A DNA stretch of 64,000 nucleotides from an uncultured Acidobacteriota bacterium (GCA_963697775.1 CAVOPH010000010.1:11136-75135); one strand, 5' to 3'; shown: positions 35,427 through 47,886, counted from the stretch's first letter. Notes: generated from the sequence alone by a model not told the origin. Program-made: numbers and translations.

Positions 35427-37149
35427 TTAACGCGTGAGTCGAACCACCATCGCGGCGCGGCGGTTGAGACGCCGGGTCTCCTCACGGCTGTTGTCGTACT
35501 TCGGCCGCTCTTCGCCGTAGCTCACCGTGCGCAACCGGTTCGCGCCAATCCCCCGGCTCGTCAGGTAGTCGCGCACCGCGGTGGCGCGCCGTTCGCCGAG
35601 CGCCAGGTTGTATTCCGCCGTCCCGATGTTGCAGGTGTGCCCTTCGATTTCGATGTTCAACTCCGGGTTCGCCTGCAGCGTCGCAATCGCCTCGTCCAGC
35701 GTCCGCGTCGCTTCCGGCCGCAGCGAATACCGGTCGAAGTCGAAGTGCACGTCTTCGAACGTGAACTCCCGCACCGGCCGCGCCGTCACCTGGATGTTGA
35801 CCGTGTCGCTCGCCGTCTTGCCGTCCTGCGGGCACGTCACCGTCACCGTCACCGGCACCGTCCCCGGCTGCTGCGGCGCCGTCCACGGCGTCTGCCGGCC
35901 CGTCCGATCCGAGAACGTCCCGGTCGGCGCGCTCCAGCTATACGTCACCGCGCACCCGATCGAGTCCACCGCCGTCGCCGTCACCGTCGACACCTGGCCG
36001 ACTTCCACCGTGCACGGGTTGCACTGCGCCCGCACCGTCAGAGTGTGCTGCGGGGCCGCGGCCACCGGCGCGGCCGCCGGCGGTGCGGGCGGCGGCGGCG
36101 GCACATAGACTCGCACCCCCGGGTGATACCCGAGCCGGAACTGCCAGCCGGCCGCATCCCCCGTCCGATCCTCGAAGCCGCTCATCAAACTGCTGCGGCT
36201 GTCCATGTGCAGGTTCCAGGTGATGCCGGCCCCCGCAAACACCCCGTTCTTCCCCTGCCACGTCAACCCGAACGTCGCGTTCACCGGCGAGGTCAGATCC
36301 GTTGTCGTCGGCGGCAGGCTCCCGTCTTCGGCCACCAGCGGCGACGGCGTCGGCGCCGTGATCGTCACCGTGTCGCTCAGATAGCTCTCGCCGTGCAGTT
36401 CCGCCGTGAAGCGCAGGCTCTTGCGCGACGGCACCCCGACGCCGAATCCCCAGCGCAGCCCGTTGGCCAGATCGATCGCGTCCGGGTCCCCGCGGATGAT
36501 GAACCCGCCATACCCCGACACCTCGACCCGCTGGTTCACTTCCTTGCTGACGATGGCGTCGAGGGCAAAGTCCATCTTGCCGGTCCCGACTCCTTCATCC
36601 TCCGTCTTCGCGGTCGGCAGCTTGATCATCCCGCGCACCGCGATCGCCGCCGGCTGCTGCCGCCACTGCGACGTCAGGTTGATCTTCGCGCCCAGCCACA
36701 GATCGCCGAGCTGATTGTCCGACCACCCCTGCCGCACGAACGGCGCCTCGTTGACCAGCCCGCCGGCCACCGCATTGCGTCGGCACGAACAGCGGCCGCA
36801 CGTCGCGATCGATCCGGCGCACCAGCGTCCACGCGCCGAAAATCTCGGCCCGGTCGCCGGCGCCGAACGCGAACGTCACTGGCCAGTCCGACACGTCGGT
36901 GAACCCCTGATCGCGATCGAAGTTCACCCGATACACGCTCACCGCATATTTCTTCGCGGGCACGATTTCGCCCGTCGGCACGAACCACAACCCCGTATCG
37001 CCATTCGTAGTGGTCGTGGCCGGACGGGTTTCCGTCGGTGGTGTGGCTGGTGGAGCGGTCTGTCCGGTTGAAGACTGAGCAAAAACCGGTGCGGCTACTG
37101 CGGACAGAAGAATCGCGAAGGGTACGGTCTTGAGCAATCGACTCTGCAT
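35427..37149 (-). CDS. OmpA/Pal-family outer-membrane protein (barrel-like domain, Pro linker, PKD/Ig-like domain, OmpA domain); frameshift near 36775
   Basis: Signal peptide ..VFA|Q; VHFDFDRYSL, IEGHTC, YNLALGERRA, SYGEERP, NRRA. Confidence 0.88.
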
Positions 37150-37256
37150 CGCCAACTACCTCTACAGACGCCAAGTGTACGGCCTGGCCGACAAGGCGTC
37201 AATGTGACCAAAGACCTACGACGGGCCGTGGGCCCTCCGCGAAACGCTGCGCGGAT

Positions 37257-38087
37257 TTACGCGAAATTGCGCGGTTTCGCAAACGCCCAAGCAACCAGAA
37301 TGCTCACGCCGTACAGCGCAAGCATGGGGCCTGCCATAAGGCATTGCGATACGACGTCGGTGCCCGGGCTGATGACGGCGGCAATGATGAAGATGATCAG
37401 GATGGCGTATTTGGTGTGCCGCAGCAGGAACCTGGCTGAAACGAGGCCCAGTCGGGCGAGGAAGAACACGATCGTGGGCATCTGAAAAATCAGACCGAAC
37501 CCGAGAAGCATTTTCACATAGAGGCCGAACGCCTCACCGATCGACGGCCGGAACTCCATGTACTCGGTCTGCCAGCCGAGGAAGAACTTCCACGTCCACG
37601 GAAATGCCACGTAGTGCGAGAAGGTCGCGCCGAGCGCGAAAAACGTCGTGCAGAACACCACGAACGGCACGGCCATCTTCTTCTCGTGCGAGTAGAGGCC
37701 GGGCGCGATGAAGAGCCACAGCTGATAAAGAATGAAGGGAATCGACAGCATCAGCCCGGCCAGCGCGCCGATCTTCATGGTCAACATGAACGGCTCGAAG
37801 CCAGACGTGTACATGAACTTCACGCCGCTCGTGTTCTGCAGATCGTGATAGAGCGGGAGCCAGATGAAGTCCTGGATGCGACGAACGAAGATGAACGCAA
37901 TCGAGCAGCCGATGACGAGTCCCCAGACGCAGGCGATCAGTCGTTTCCGGAGCTCGTCAAGATGGTCCAGAAACGACATCTTCGCGCCGGCGTCTTCGTC
38001 GGACGCGTCGGCGTCGGTCAGCTGAATATCTCGATCGTCGTCGTCTCGGGCCGGCTTCGCGGCACCTGGGAAAGGCACGAGCGCCAT
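37257..38087 (-). CDS. tatC: Twin-arginine translocase subunit TatC
   Basis: MSFLDHLDELRKRL, QLWLFIAPGLYSHEK, FQMP, ISPGTD. Confidence 0.95.
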   Translation of the reverse strand: MALVPFPGAAKPARDDDDRDIQLTDADASDEDAGAKMSFLDHLDELRKRLIACVWGLVIGCSIAFIFVRRIQDFIWLPLYHDLQNTSGVKFMYTSGFEPFMLTMKIGALAGLMLSIPFILYQLWLFIAPGLYSHEKKMAVPFVVFCTTFFALGATFSHYVAFPWTWKFFLGWQTEYMEFRPSIGEAFGLYVKMLLGFGLIFQMPTIVFFLARLGLVSARFLLRHTKYAILIIFIIAAVISPGTDVVSQCLMAGPMLALYGVSILVAWAFAKPRNFA

Positions 38088-38096
38088 AGCGCGGGT

Positions 38097-38384
38097 TTAC
38101 GCGTCGCCGGCGGAGCGGCGCGGCACACTCTGGTCGTCGTCTTCGTGAGTCCCGACCGGCTGCGGGCGGGCGGGTTCGGGCGTGCGTTGCCTCTCGGTGC
38201 TGCGCTGCTCCTCGATCCGGATCTCCTCGTCGAGGGTGTTCTTCAGCTCATTCGACGCACGCTTGAATTCATTGATACTTTTGCCCAGCGAACGGCCCAG
38301 CTCGGGCAGCTTTCGGGGCCCGAAAATGATGAGCGCGATCACGAAGATGATGATCAGCTCGGGCATCCCGATCGAACCGAACAT
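38097..38384 (-). CDS. tatA: TatA/TatB-family subunit
   Basis: [41 protein letters not shown]. Confidence 0.9.
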   Translation of the reverse strand: MFGSIGMPELIIIFVIALIIFGPRKLPELGRSLGKSINEFKRASNELKNTLDEEIRIEEQRSTERQRTPEPARPQPVGTHEDDDQSVPRRSAGDA

Positions 38385-38548
38385 ATAGAAATCCTTGAAT
38401 TTATGAGAGTTAACGACCGGTCGTTCCGGGCCCCGTGGACCCACCTTGCATTATAGAAACCGCCCCGCGGCTGGTCAAGGAAAAGGGCGCGGCCCGATTG
38501 CCGGAAGTCATTGCCGCACCGATACTTCGTCTGTTACGATCAGAGAAT

Positions 38549-40187
38549 ATGCGAAACCCTCGTTTCTTGCCGGTGGCAGTTCTTGCGATCGCGTTGTCGG
38601 CACTCGCGGGCGGGCTCTTTGGCAGCCGGGCCCTCGCACGCCAGGACGAGGTCACGCAGCAGTATCGAGTGTTTACGGCAGCCCTCGACGCGATCGATCG
38701 CGAGTACGTCGACGATGTGCCGTCGGACCGGGTGATTTACAGCGCGATCGACGGGATGCTGCACACGCTCGATCCCCATTCGAGTTTTTTCGATCCCAAA
38801 TCGTACGCGCAGATGCGCGAACGCCAGGAGGGCCGCTACTACGGCCTCGGCATCACGATTCAGTCGATCGACGGCGACATCACGGTGATGTCGATTTTCG
38901 AGGGTTCGCCCGCGTACAAGAAGGGGCTGCGACGCGGCGACATCCTGTCGAAGGTCGGCGATCTCGACATGAAGGGCTGGACGACCGATCAGGCCGTCAA
39001 GAAGCTCAAAGGGCCCAAGGGCACGCTGGTCAACGTCAGCATCAAGCGCCGCGGGTATGACGGACTGATCAACATGGACGTCGTGCGTGATGAAGTGAAC
39101 ATCACCACCGTGCAAGCCGCCTTCATGATCGACAAGGAAACCGGCTACGTGAAGCTGGATCAGTTCACGGAGACATCCGATCGCGAATTGGGAGATGCGC
39201 TCCAGAAGCTGGGCACGAGCGGGATGAAGCGCCTCGTCTTCGATCTGCGCGAGAACCCGGGCGGCGCGCTCGACCAGGCCATTCGCATCGCCAATCGCTT
39301 CCTGCCCCGTGGCGACATGATCGTCTACACGCGCGGCCGTGTGCCTAACGCGAATCAAAACTACGTCGCCACCGAGCAGAGCGACTTCACGCATCTGCCG
39401 ATCGTGGCGCTCGTCAATCGCAACAGCGCGAGCGCGTCGGAGATTGTCAGCGGCGCGCTCCAGGATCACGATCGCGCGTTGATCGTCGGCGAGACGACGT
39501 TCGGCAAGGCGCTGGTGCAGTCGGTCTATCCGATCAGCGAGCAAGCCGGCGTGGCGGTGACCACCGGGCGGTACTACACGCCGTCGGGCCGGCTGATTCA
39601 GCGTCCGTGGGACGGGACGTTTGACGAGTACCTCACCTACACGCTGCGCGATCAGACGTCAGCGGAGCGTCAACACAAGGCATCGGATCTCAAGTACACC
39701 GACGCGGGGCGGAAGGTGTACAGCGGCGGCGGCATTGATCCCGACAAGTTCGTGGTGGGTGCCGGCATGGAAGGCTTCAATCCGACCCGCTTCGGTCGCC
39801 TGCTCTACGCACGGCAGGAGTTCGAGAATTTCGCCGATCAGTTCCGGGCGGAAGGGGACACGCGCCTGAGCGACGCGAACAAGAACAAGAAACCGATCGC
39901 CCGCGGGTTCGTGGTGGACGACGCGATGCTCAACGATTTCAAGTCGACGATTACGGCGCGCAAGGTCAAGATCGATCAGGAGAGCTTGGCGAAAGACGAC
40001 ACGTTCATCCGGGCGATGATTCACTTCGAGATCGATCAGGTCGCTTTTCAGCATGGAAGAGGCGCGCCACAATCTGATCGCGAAGGATCCGCAGGCGCAG
40101 TTTGCGCTGGCGCAGTTCGGCGAGGCCGAGCATCTGATCGAACTCGCGTCGACCAGGTCGACGCGAAACGCAAAAGGCGGTCAGTGA
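38549..40187 (+). CDS. ctpA: S41 carboxy-terminal processing protease (frameshift near 40045)
   Basis: LDPHS, PDZ GLGITI, DLRENPGG, SASASEIVSGALQD, TFGKALVQ, YYTPSGR. Confidence 0.9.
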
Positions 40188-40233
40188 TCGCTGGTAGGGC
40201 ATTTGGCCCTACATTTTGCGTTTCACTTTAGTA

Positions 40234-40263
40234 TTGCCCCTAGGTATGGGGGCTTGTTAGACT
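40234..40263 (+). promoter_or_regulatory. sigma70-type promoter
   Basis: TTGCCC-N18-TAGACT with extended -10 TGn. Confidence 0.5.
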
Positions 40264-40269
40264 GACGCC

Positions 40270-40435
40270 CGTTCGCTGCGTCCAGGGGCCATCCCGCTTT
40301 GGGTGGGGTGTGGACACGGCCGCACGGTCTTTGTCGTCACGTCACAGCCTCCAAATAGACGAAGGTTTCCGAAGCGAACCCAGCCGCTTCCGGGTCGAGG
40401 CTTGTCAGCCTGGCCCCCGGAGCGGCTTTTCTTTT
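40270..40435 (+). ncRNA. Candidate structured small RNA or leader upstream of smc
   Basis: Closing stem GTTCGCT/AGCGAAC encloses three hairpins, followed by a terminator; family not recognised. Confidence 0.45.
40382..40435 (+). terminator. Intrinsic terminator
   Basis: agccgcttccggg...cccggagcggct followed by ttttctttt. Confidence 0.7.
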
Positions 40436-40463
40436 GTCGAGCCATGGGAAGGGACTGGACCGC

Positions 40464-43400
40464 ATGCGGCTTCAACGCCTGGAAATTGTCGGGTTCAAGA
40501 GTTTTCCAGATCGATCCGAGCTGACGTTCGACGATGGTGTCACCGCGATCGTCGGCCCGAACGGCTGCGGCAAGAGCAACGTCGTCGACGCGCTGACGTG
40601 GGTGCTCGGGGAACAGAGCGCCAAGAGCCTGCGCGGCGATCGCATGGAGGACGTGATCTTCGGAGGCAGCGATGCGCGGAAACCGACCGGCGCGGCGGAA
40701 GTCCGGCTGAAGCTGGCGGGCGTCGCGTCGCGGATCCCGGGTAATCAACCGCGTGAGCTCAGCGGAGCGCATGCGCTGGTTGGCGGCAACGGGGAACTGG
40801 CCGCAGCGGCCGCGGTGGCGCTCGAAGAAGAGCCGCTCATGGTGCGTGACGTCGAGGTCATGCGGCGGTTGTACCGATCGGGGGAAAGCGAATACCTGAT
40901 CGACGGCGAATCCGTCCGGCTGCGGGACGTGCAGGACCTGCTCATGGATGCCGGCCTCGGTGTGAAGGCCTATGCGGTCATCGAGCAGGGCAAGATCGGC
41001 CAGATCCTGAGCGCGCGTCCAACCGATCGACGGCAGCTGATCGAAGAGGCCGCCGGCGTCACGAAGTACAAGACCCGGCGCCGCGCCGCCGAGCTGAAGC
41101 TCGAAGCTGCCCAGCAGAACCTCACCCGCGTGGACGACATCGTGTTCGAGGTCGAGAAGCAGCGTGGCGCGCTCAAGCGTCAAGCGGCAAAAGCGCGGCG
41201 GTACCGCAGGCTGCGCGACGAATTACGACGCTGGGAGAAGGTGCAGTTCGCCGAACGGTATCGGCTGCTCGGCGACGCCATCGAGGCGGCGCGCGCCCGG
41301 CTGGCAGACGCGCGCGCCCGCGAAACCGCAGCCGCGGCTCACGTCGCGGAACTCGAAGCCTCGCTGGAACGCCTCCGCCTCGAGCTGACGGAAGCGGACG
41401 GCCGAACCACCGCGGCCCGCGAAGCGGCGCACGTCCGGGAGCTCGAAATCGGCCGGTTGCAGCAGCAAATCGCGTTCGACCAGCAACAGGTCGAATCGCT
41501 GGCGGCGACAGTGTCGGATATTGACGCTGAGGTCCGCACGCTGGATGCGAGGCGCGAGCCCGCCGCGCCTGGAACTCGCGTCCCGGCGCGAAGCGGGCGC
41601 ACGCGCGATCGCCGAACGCGACGCGGCCGCCGAGACATTGCAGGGCGAGGAATCCGCGTACGCGGATCTGCAACGGCACATCGAGGGGCTCGAAGCCGAC
41701 GTCGAAGCCGCACGGAGCGAGGTCTTCGCCGCGGTCAATGCCGCCACGGCGCTTCGTCATGCGATGGAGCACGCCGCCGCCGCGCGATCGCGGATGGCGG
41801 AACAGATCGGCCGTCTCGACATCGAGCGCGACGATCTCGACATCGAGGTCGAACGGGCCACGGCTGAGCGCAACGAAGCCGAGAACGCGATGCGTCGCGC
41901 CGTCGAGTCGATGGACGGGCTTCGTCTCGATCGGGCCGCCCGAGACTCGGAGCTTGCCGGCGCCCGGGGCGACCGCGAAGCCCGATCGACCGAGCTTCGT
42001 TTGCGCGAGCGCGAGCTGTCGGGCCTTCAGGCGCGTCTGCTGTCGCTCGAAGAACTGGAGGCGGCCCGTGCCGAATACGGCGACGGTGCCCGCCGCGTGC
42101 TCGCCGAGTCGAACGGCAACGTCTCGCAGATGGGTTCGGTCGCGGACTATCTCGACGTCGTCAACGGCTATGAGCGAGCCGTCGAGGCCTGTCTGGGCGA
42201 TCTTCTCCAGCACGTCGTGGTCCCGTCGCACGACGCGGCTGCGGCCGGCTTGCAGTTCGCGCGCGAGCACGACGCCGGCCGCGTCGGCTTCCTGGTGGCG
42301 GGCAACGTCGGCCGGTGCGGTCGATGTCCCGACGCCCGTCGCCGATCTGACACCGCTTCTGGACGTCGTCCAAATCAACGGCCCGGCAGCTGCAGCCATC
42401 CGTGGAGCGATCTCGACTGGCGTGGATTGCTCCGGGCTACCAGGCCGCGCTCAGCGCCGCCGAAGCCTCGCCCGCCGCGGTCGTGACGCTCGACGGCGAA
42501 GTCTTCCGCGGACCGCACGTCGTCCAGGGCGGAATGCGCGCCGAGTCGCGCGGGATCCTGACCACCCGTCGCGAGATCAAGGAACTCCGGGATCGTGTCG
42601 AAAGCGAGACTGCGGCCGTTGAACGGCTCCGGGACGAAACCGCTTCGCTGGACGTGTCGATTGCGGCGCTCGAATCAGCCATCGTGTCCCTGCAGGGCGA
42701 GGTTCATCGCCTGGAGAAGTCGAGCGTGGGGTTCGATCTGCAGGCGGCTGCCGGGGCGGAGTCGATCGAGCGGATCCGACGAAAGCAGGATCAGATTGCG
42801 ACCGAGCGTCGATCGGCGGCGGAGGAGCTTCGAGCGCAGGATGCCCGGCAGGATGAAGCCCGCGAATCCATCGCGCGAATCCAGGCGGAACAGCTGACTG
42901 CCGACGAACAGCTGAACGCGGCCCAGCGCCGGCTGTTCGAAGCGCGTGAGGCGATGCAGATCCAGGCCGCGCGGACGTCAGAAGCGAAGGCCACGCATGC
43001 CGCTCTGGTCGAGCGCTCGAGCGCGCTTGCGTCGGAGGTGCAGCGGCTCGATGAGTCCGCGAAGGAATTGGAGGAGCGAATCGCGACGCGTCGCGAGGAT
43101 CTGCAGCGCACCGAATCGCGTCGTGCAGGTCTTCTCGACACCATCGCAACCTCGGAGTCGAACCTGGACGCAGGGCTGCGCGCGTTCGACGAACTTCGTG
43201 ACAGCGTGCGGGTTGCGGACGAAGCCTCGCAGTCGCTGAGGGCGGGCTTCGAGGAGGCCGAAGCGCGCATTCGTGATGCGAGACGTTCACTCGAAACGGT
43301 CCGCTCTGAGGCGGCGCAGCTCGATGTCACGCGCGCCACCGCGGAATCCGATCTCACGCACCTCGCGTCCTCCTGCGTCGAGGCTCTTCAAGCATCCCTC

Positions 43401-44205
43401 GACGAGGTGGCGGCGGAAGTGGTGGAGCTGGAGCGACAGGGCATGCTGGCGAGTCCCAGGCCCGTGGACGACGCGCCTGACGCCGCGGAGATCGAAGATG
43501 ACGCCGCGTCCGGTTCGGCCGCGGTCCAAGTCGAGCAGGCCGTGCCGCCTGCGGCGCGTGCGATGACGCCCGACGAGATGGTCGCCGACCTCCGAGCCAA
43601 GATCGAGCGGATGGGCGCGGTCAACATGATGGCGATCGATCAGTTCGACGATCTCGAGTCGAGGCATGCGTTCCTGACCACGCAGCGCAAGGATCTCGAT
43701 TGATTCAATCGCGGCGACAGGGGAAGCGATTCGCCGGATCGACAAGACGACCAAGGAGCGGTTCAGGGAAGCCTTTACCGTCATCAATCAGAACTTCGAG
43801 CAGACCTTCACGACGCTCTTCGGCGGCGGGCGAGCCGGCCTGGTCATGCTCGACGAAAGCGACCAGCTCGAAAGCGGCATCGACATCATCGCGCAACCGC
43901 CGGGGAAGCGACTTCAGAGCGTGCAACTGCTGTCCGGCGGCGAGAAGGCGCTCACCGCCATGGCGCTGATGTTCGCCATCTTCAAGTACCGGCCCAGCCC
44001 CTTCTGCCTGCTCGACGAAATCGACGCGCCGTTGGACGATGCCAACATCGGGCGGTTCGTCGAGATGCTGCAGGGCATGCAGGACCAAACCCAGTTCATC
44101 CTGATCACCCACAACCGGAAAACGATGGAAATTGCCGACCGGTTGTATGGAGTGACGATGGAGGAGCCAGGGGTGTCGAAGCTGATCTCGGTTCAATTGA
44201 ACTGA
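40464..44205 (+). CDS. smc: Chromosome segregation ATPase SMC (about 3 frameshifts)
   Basis: GFKSF, GPNGCGKSN, LRGDRMEDVIF, coiled coils and hinge, LSGGEK, LLDEIDAPLD, ITHN. Confidence 0.95.
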
Positions 44206-44207
44206 AC

Positions 44208-44288
44208 GAAAAAGTTTCCAGTTTCCGGTTCCCAGTTTCCAGCACTTGTTTAAACTGGCAACTGGAGACTGGAGACTGGAAACTTTCC
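44208..44288. repeat. Inverted heptamer array (AGTTTCC / ACTGGAR)
   Basis: aaagtttccagtttccggttcccagtttccag ... aactggcaactggagactggagactggaaacttt right after the smc stop. Confidence 0.85.
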
Positions 44289-44289
44289 G

Positions 44290-45402
44290 TTGAACGAGAC
44301 CAAGTCCGTCCGCTATCACCGGCTCAAACGACGGTCCGCGGTTGCGTCGGTTGCGATCACGGCGACGCTGCTGGCGGCTCTTCTCGCGACCGGACTCTCG
44401 TCGTCCATGGCTGACGTCGCGCACCGTCTGGCGCACGCGCCGGATTCGCGCGACTCACCACTCGCGATCGGCATTTACGTGACGATGCTCATGTTTCTCC
44501 ACGAGTCGCTCACGTTCCCGCTCTTGCTGTATCAGGGTTTCCTGCTCGAACGCCGCTACGGGCTGTCGCTGGAGCGGTTCGGCGGCTGGCTGCGCGACCA
44601 CCTCAAAGCCGTCGGTCTCGGATTCATCCTGAGCGTCGCCGCCGCGGAGGGAGTTTATCTGGCGCTGCGGCTGGCGCCGACCTGGTGGTGGCTGTTCTCG
44701 GCTGCCGCGTTCCTCCTGGTCACGGCCGGCCTTGCCAGGATTGCGCCGATTGTTCTGCTGCCGATGTTCTACCGGTTTACGCCGCTCGAGCGCGAATCGC
44801 TCCGGAGCCGGCTCGTCTCGCTGTCGGCCCGCGCCGGCGTGCCGGTGCTCGGTGTCTACGAGTGGGGCCTTGGCGAGAAAAGCCGCCGGGCGAACGCGGC
44901 GCTGGTTGGCACCGGCACCACGCGGCGCATCATCATTTCCGATACGCTGCTGGCCGAGTACTCGGACGATGAGATCGAAGTGATCCTGGCGCACGAGATC
45001 GGCCACCACGTCCACCACGACATCCTTGCCGGACTTGTCGCCGAATCCGTCCTGGTGCTGATCGCGTTCTCCAGTGCCGCGGCTGTACTTCATGCCTGGG
45101 GGCCTCGGCTCGGCCTCTCAAATGAGGCGGATGTCGCCGGACTCCCACTCCTGCTGCTGGTTGGCGGAGCGGTGAGCATGCTGGCGACGCCGCTCGTCCA
45201 TGCGCTCTCGCGCTGGAACGAGCGACGGGCCGATCGATACGCTCTGGCACTCACTGGCCATGCCGCACCGTTTATCTCGGCGATGCGGCGCCTGGGCAAT
45301 CAGAACCTGGCGGAGGAGCAACCGTCGAGGATCGCGCTCTGGCTGTTTCACAGCCATCCTCCGATCGAGCAGCGCATCGAGGCTGCCCGGACATTCCTGT
45401 GA
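44290..45402 (+). CDS. M48 (Ste24/HtpX-like) membrane metalloprotease
   Basis: ANAALVG, LAHEIGHH (HExxH), ERRAD, FHSHPP. Confidence 0.9.
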   Translation: MNETKSVRYHRLKRRSAVASVAITATLLAALLATGLSSSMADVAHRLAHAPDSRDSPLAIGIYVTMLMFLHESLTFPLLLYQGFLLERRYGLSLERFGGWLRDHLKAVGLGFILSVAAAEGVYLALRLAPTWWWLFSAAAFLLVTAGLARIAPIVLLPMFYRFTPLERESLRSRLVSLSARAGVPVLGVYEWGLGEKSRRANAALVGTGTTRRIIISDTLLAEYSDDEIEVILAHEIGHHVHHDILAGLVAESVLVLIAFSSAAAVLHAWGPRLGLSNEADVAGLPLLLLVGGAVSMLATPLVHALSRWNERRADRYALALTGHAAPFISAMRRLGNQNLAEEQPSRIALWLFHSHPPIEQRIEAARTFL

Positions 45403-46340
45403 CCCTCGCGCTCAGCTTCGTCGTGCCGATGTACAACGCCGCACCGACGATTGCCGCGCTGGTCCGCGATATCGAGAGCCTCGTCGTCGAGGGCGGTCAC
45501 GAGATTGTGCTGGTGAACGACGGCGGGTCCGACAACACGCTGGACGTGTGTCGCGGTCTGGCGCGGACGACGCGGGTTCCGCTCACCGTCATCGATCACG
45601 CGCGCAACTTCGGCGAACACAACGCCGTGCTGACCGGATGGCGCCACGCGCGCGGCGCCCACATCGTCAATCTCGACGACGACGGGCAGAATCCTCCGCG
45701 TGAGGCGCTCCGCCTGTGGCTGCGTGCGAAGGCCACCGGCGCCGATGTCGTGTTCGGACACTATGAAACCAAACAGCACTCGGCCTGGCGGAACTTCGGC
45801 AGCTGGCTGACGAATCGTTTCACCGACTGGGCGCTCGACAAGCCTTCGGGTTTCTACCTCTCGAGTTTCCGCTGCGTCAGCGCCTTCGCGGCTCGGGAAG
45901 TCGTGACCTATGCCGGCCCCTATCCCTACATCGACGGACTTCTGCTCCAGGTCACGCAACGATTCGATTCGCTGGTCGTCGAGCACGAGCCGCGCCGTCA
46001 GGGGCGGAGCGGTTACACGTGGCGGCGGCTTCTTCGTCTGTGGTTGAGCGCGTGGCTGAACTTTTCGCTGCTGCCGCTCCGGCTCGCGACGTTTGCCGGT
46101 CTGACGACGGCGGCGCTGGGCCTCGTGGCATTCTTCGCGGTTTTGTGGCTGTGGTTCGTGAATCGCGGTCCGGGTTACGGCTTTGGCTGGCTGATGGCCG
46201 CGTTCCTGATCTTTTCCGGTACGCAGCTCGTGATCCTCGGATTGATTGGTGAATATCTTGGGCGGATGTTCCTGACCGTCAACCAGCGGCCGCAGGCGGT
46301 GATCCGTGAGGTCATCTCCAGCGAGAGAGTCAATCAATGA
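45399..46340 (+). CDS. GtrB/ArnC-like polyprenyl-phosphate glycosyltransferase (GT2)
   Basis: VPMYN, RNFGEHNA, LDDDGQNPP, two C-terminal TM helices, GLIGEYLGR. Confidence 0.88.
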   Translation: MTLALSFVVPMYNAAPTIAALVRDIESLVVEGGHEIVLVNDGGSDNTLDVCRGLARTTRVPLTVIDHARNFGEHNAVLTGWRHARGAHIVNLDDDGQNPPREALRLWLRAKATGADVVFGHYETKQHSAWRNFGSWLTNRFTDWALDKPSGFYLSSFRCVSAFAAREVVTYAGPYPYIDGLLLQVTQRFDSLVVEHEPRRQGRSGYTWRRLLRLWLSAWLNFSLLPLRLATFAGLTTAALGLVAFFAVLWLWFVNRGPGYGFGWLMAAFLIFSGTQLVILGLIGEYLGRMFLTVNQRPQAVIREVISSERVNQ

Positions 46341-47872
46341 TCTCCATCCGTCTTCGCTGCATCGCAACCGTGCTGGTGACATTTGTCATCTGGATACCCA
46401 GCCTTGTCGCTCAGGAGAAGCCGAACATCGTCCTGATCGTGACCGACGATCTCGGCTACGGTGACGTCTCCTCGTATGGCGCGACAGCCGTGCAGACGCC
46501 GAACATCGATCGTCTCGCCAAGGCCGGCCTGCGGTTTACGGATGCACACTCGTCGGCGGCAACCTGCACGCCATCACGGTATGCGCTCCTCACTGGTGAG
46601 TACGCGTGGCGCAAGCCCGGCACGGCGTTCTTCCCGGCGATGCCGCCCTGATTATCGAGTCTGGACGAACGACTCTGCCGTCGATGCTCAAGGGTGCTGG
46701 CTACGCGACGGGCGTCGTGGGGAAGTGGCATCTTGGTCTCGGGCCCAAGGGTGGCCCTGATTGGAACGGCGCTGTGACCCCGGGACCGAACGCCGTCGGA
46801 TTCGACTCGGCGTTCATCATGGCGGCGACTGGCGACCGTGTCCCGACGGTCTACATCGAGGATCAGCGCACGTCCGGCCTGGAAGCCGCCGATCCGATCT
46901 CCGTCAGCTACGGCACACCGGTCGGCGACTGGCCAACCGGGAAGGATCATCCGGAGCTTCTGAAGATGCACCCGAGCCATGGCCACGATCAGACGATCGT
47001 GAACGGGATCAGCCGGATCGGCTACATGACCGGCGGGCGAGGTGCACTGTGGAAAGACGAAGACATGGCGGACGTCTTCACGTCCAAGGCTGTATCCTTC
47101 ATCGAAACGCACAAGGACCGCCCGTTCTTCCTCTATTTCGCCACGCACGATCCGCACGTCCCGCGGGTGCCGCATCCTCGCTTCGCGGGCAGGACGACGA
47201 TGGGCCCGAGGGGTGATGCGATTGTCGAAGCCGATTGGTCGGTGGGCGAGGTGCTCAACGCCCTCGATCGGCTCAAGCTCACGAACAACACGTTGGTGAT
47301 CTTCACGAGCGACAATGGTCCGGTGGTAGATGATGGCTACAAAGACGATGCCGTGGCAAAGCTTGGGCAGCACAAGCCGGCCGGTCCTTACCGCGGTGGG
47401 AAGTACAGCAACTTCGAAGGCGGCACGCGAGTGTCGTTCATCGTGCGGTGGCCTGGGCACGTTAACGCCGGGACGTCGGACGCGCTGGTGTGCCAGGTCG
47501 ATCTCCTGGCGTCGCTTGCGACGTTAACCGGTCAATCCGTCGCCGGCGCGGATCTTCACGACAGCGCTGATGTGTTGAACGCGCTCATCGGGAAATCGAA
47601 ATCAGGCCGCAGTGAGCTCGTCGAGGAAGCGGGCGCGCTGTCGCTGCGGCAGGGTAACTGGAAGTACATCGAGCCGAACAACAAGCAGAAGGTCAACACC
47701 AACACGAACACGGAGCTTGGCAACGACAGCGTGCCTCAGCTGTACGATTTGAGTCGTGATCCTGGCGAGAAACGAAACCTCGCGTCTGGCGATCCCGATC
47801 GCGTGAAGTCAATGGCGGCCGCGCTCGATCGGCATCCGCGCGGCCAAAGCCCGAGCGTCATACAATCATTGA
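46337..47872 (+). CDS. Secreted arylsulfatase, formylglycine-dependent (frameshifts near 46622 and 47830)
   Basis: KPNIVLIVTDDLGYGD, CTPSRYALLTG, GKWHLG, FTSDNG, EGGTRV, QLYDLSRDPGE. Confidence 0.9.
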
Positions 47873-47886
47873 GATTCAGCCATCAG

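Noticed and set aside
37257-38384. tatA-tatC without tatB as a novel minimal Tat system
   Set aside because: TatAC arrangements are well known, and further tatA/B genes may lie elsewhere in the genome.
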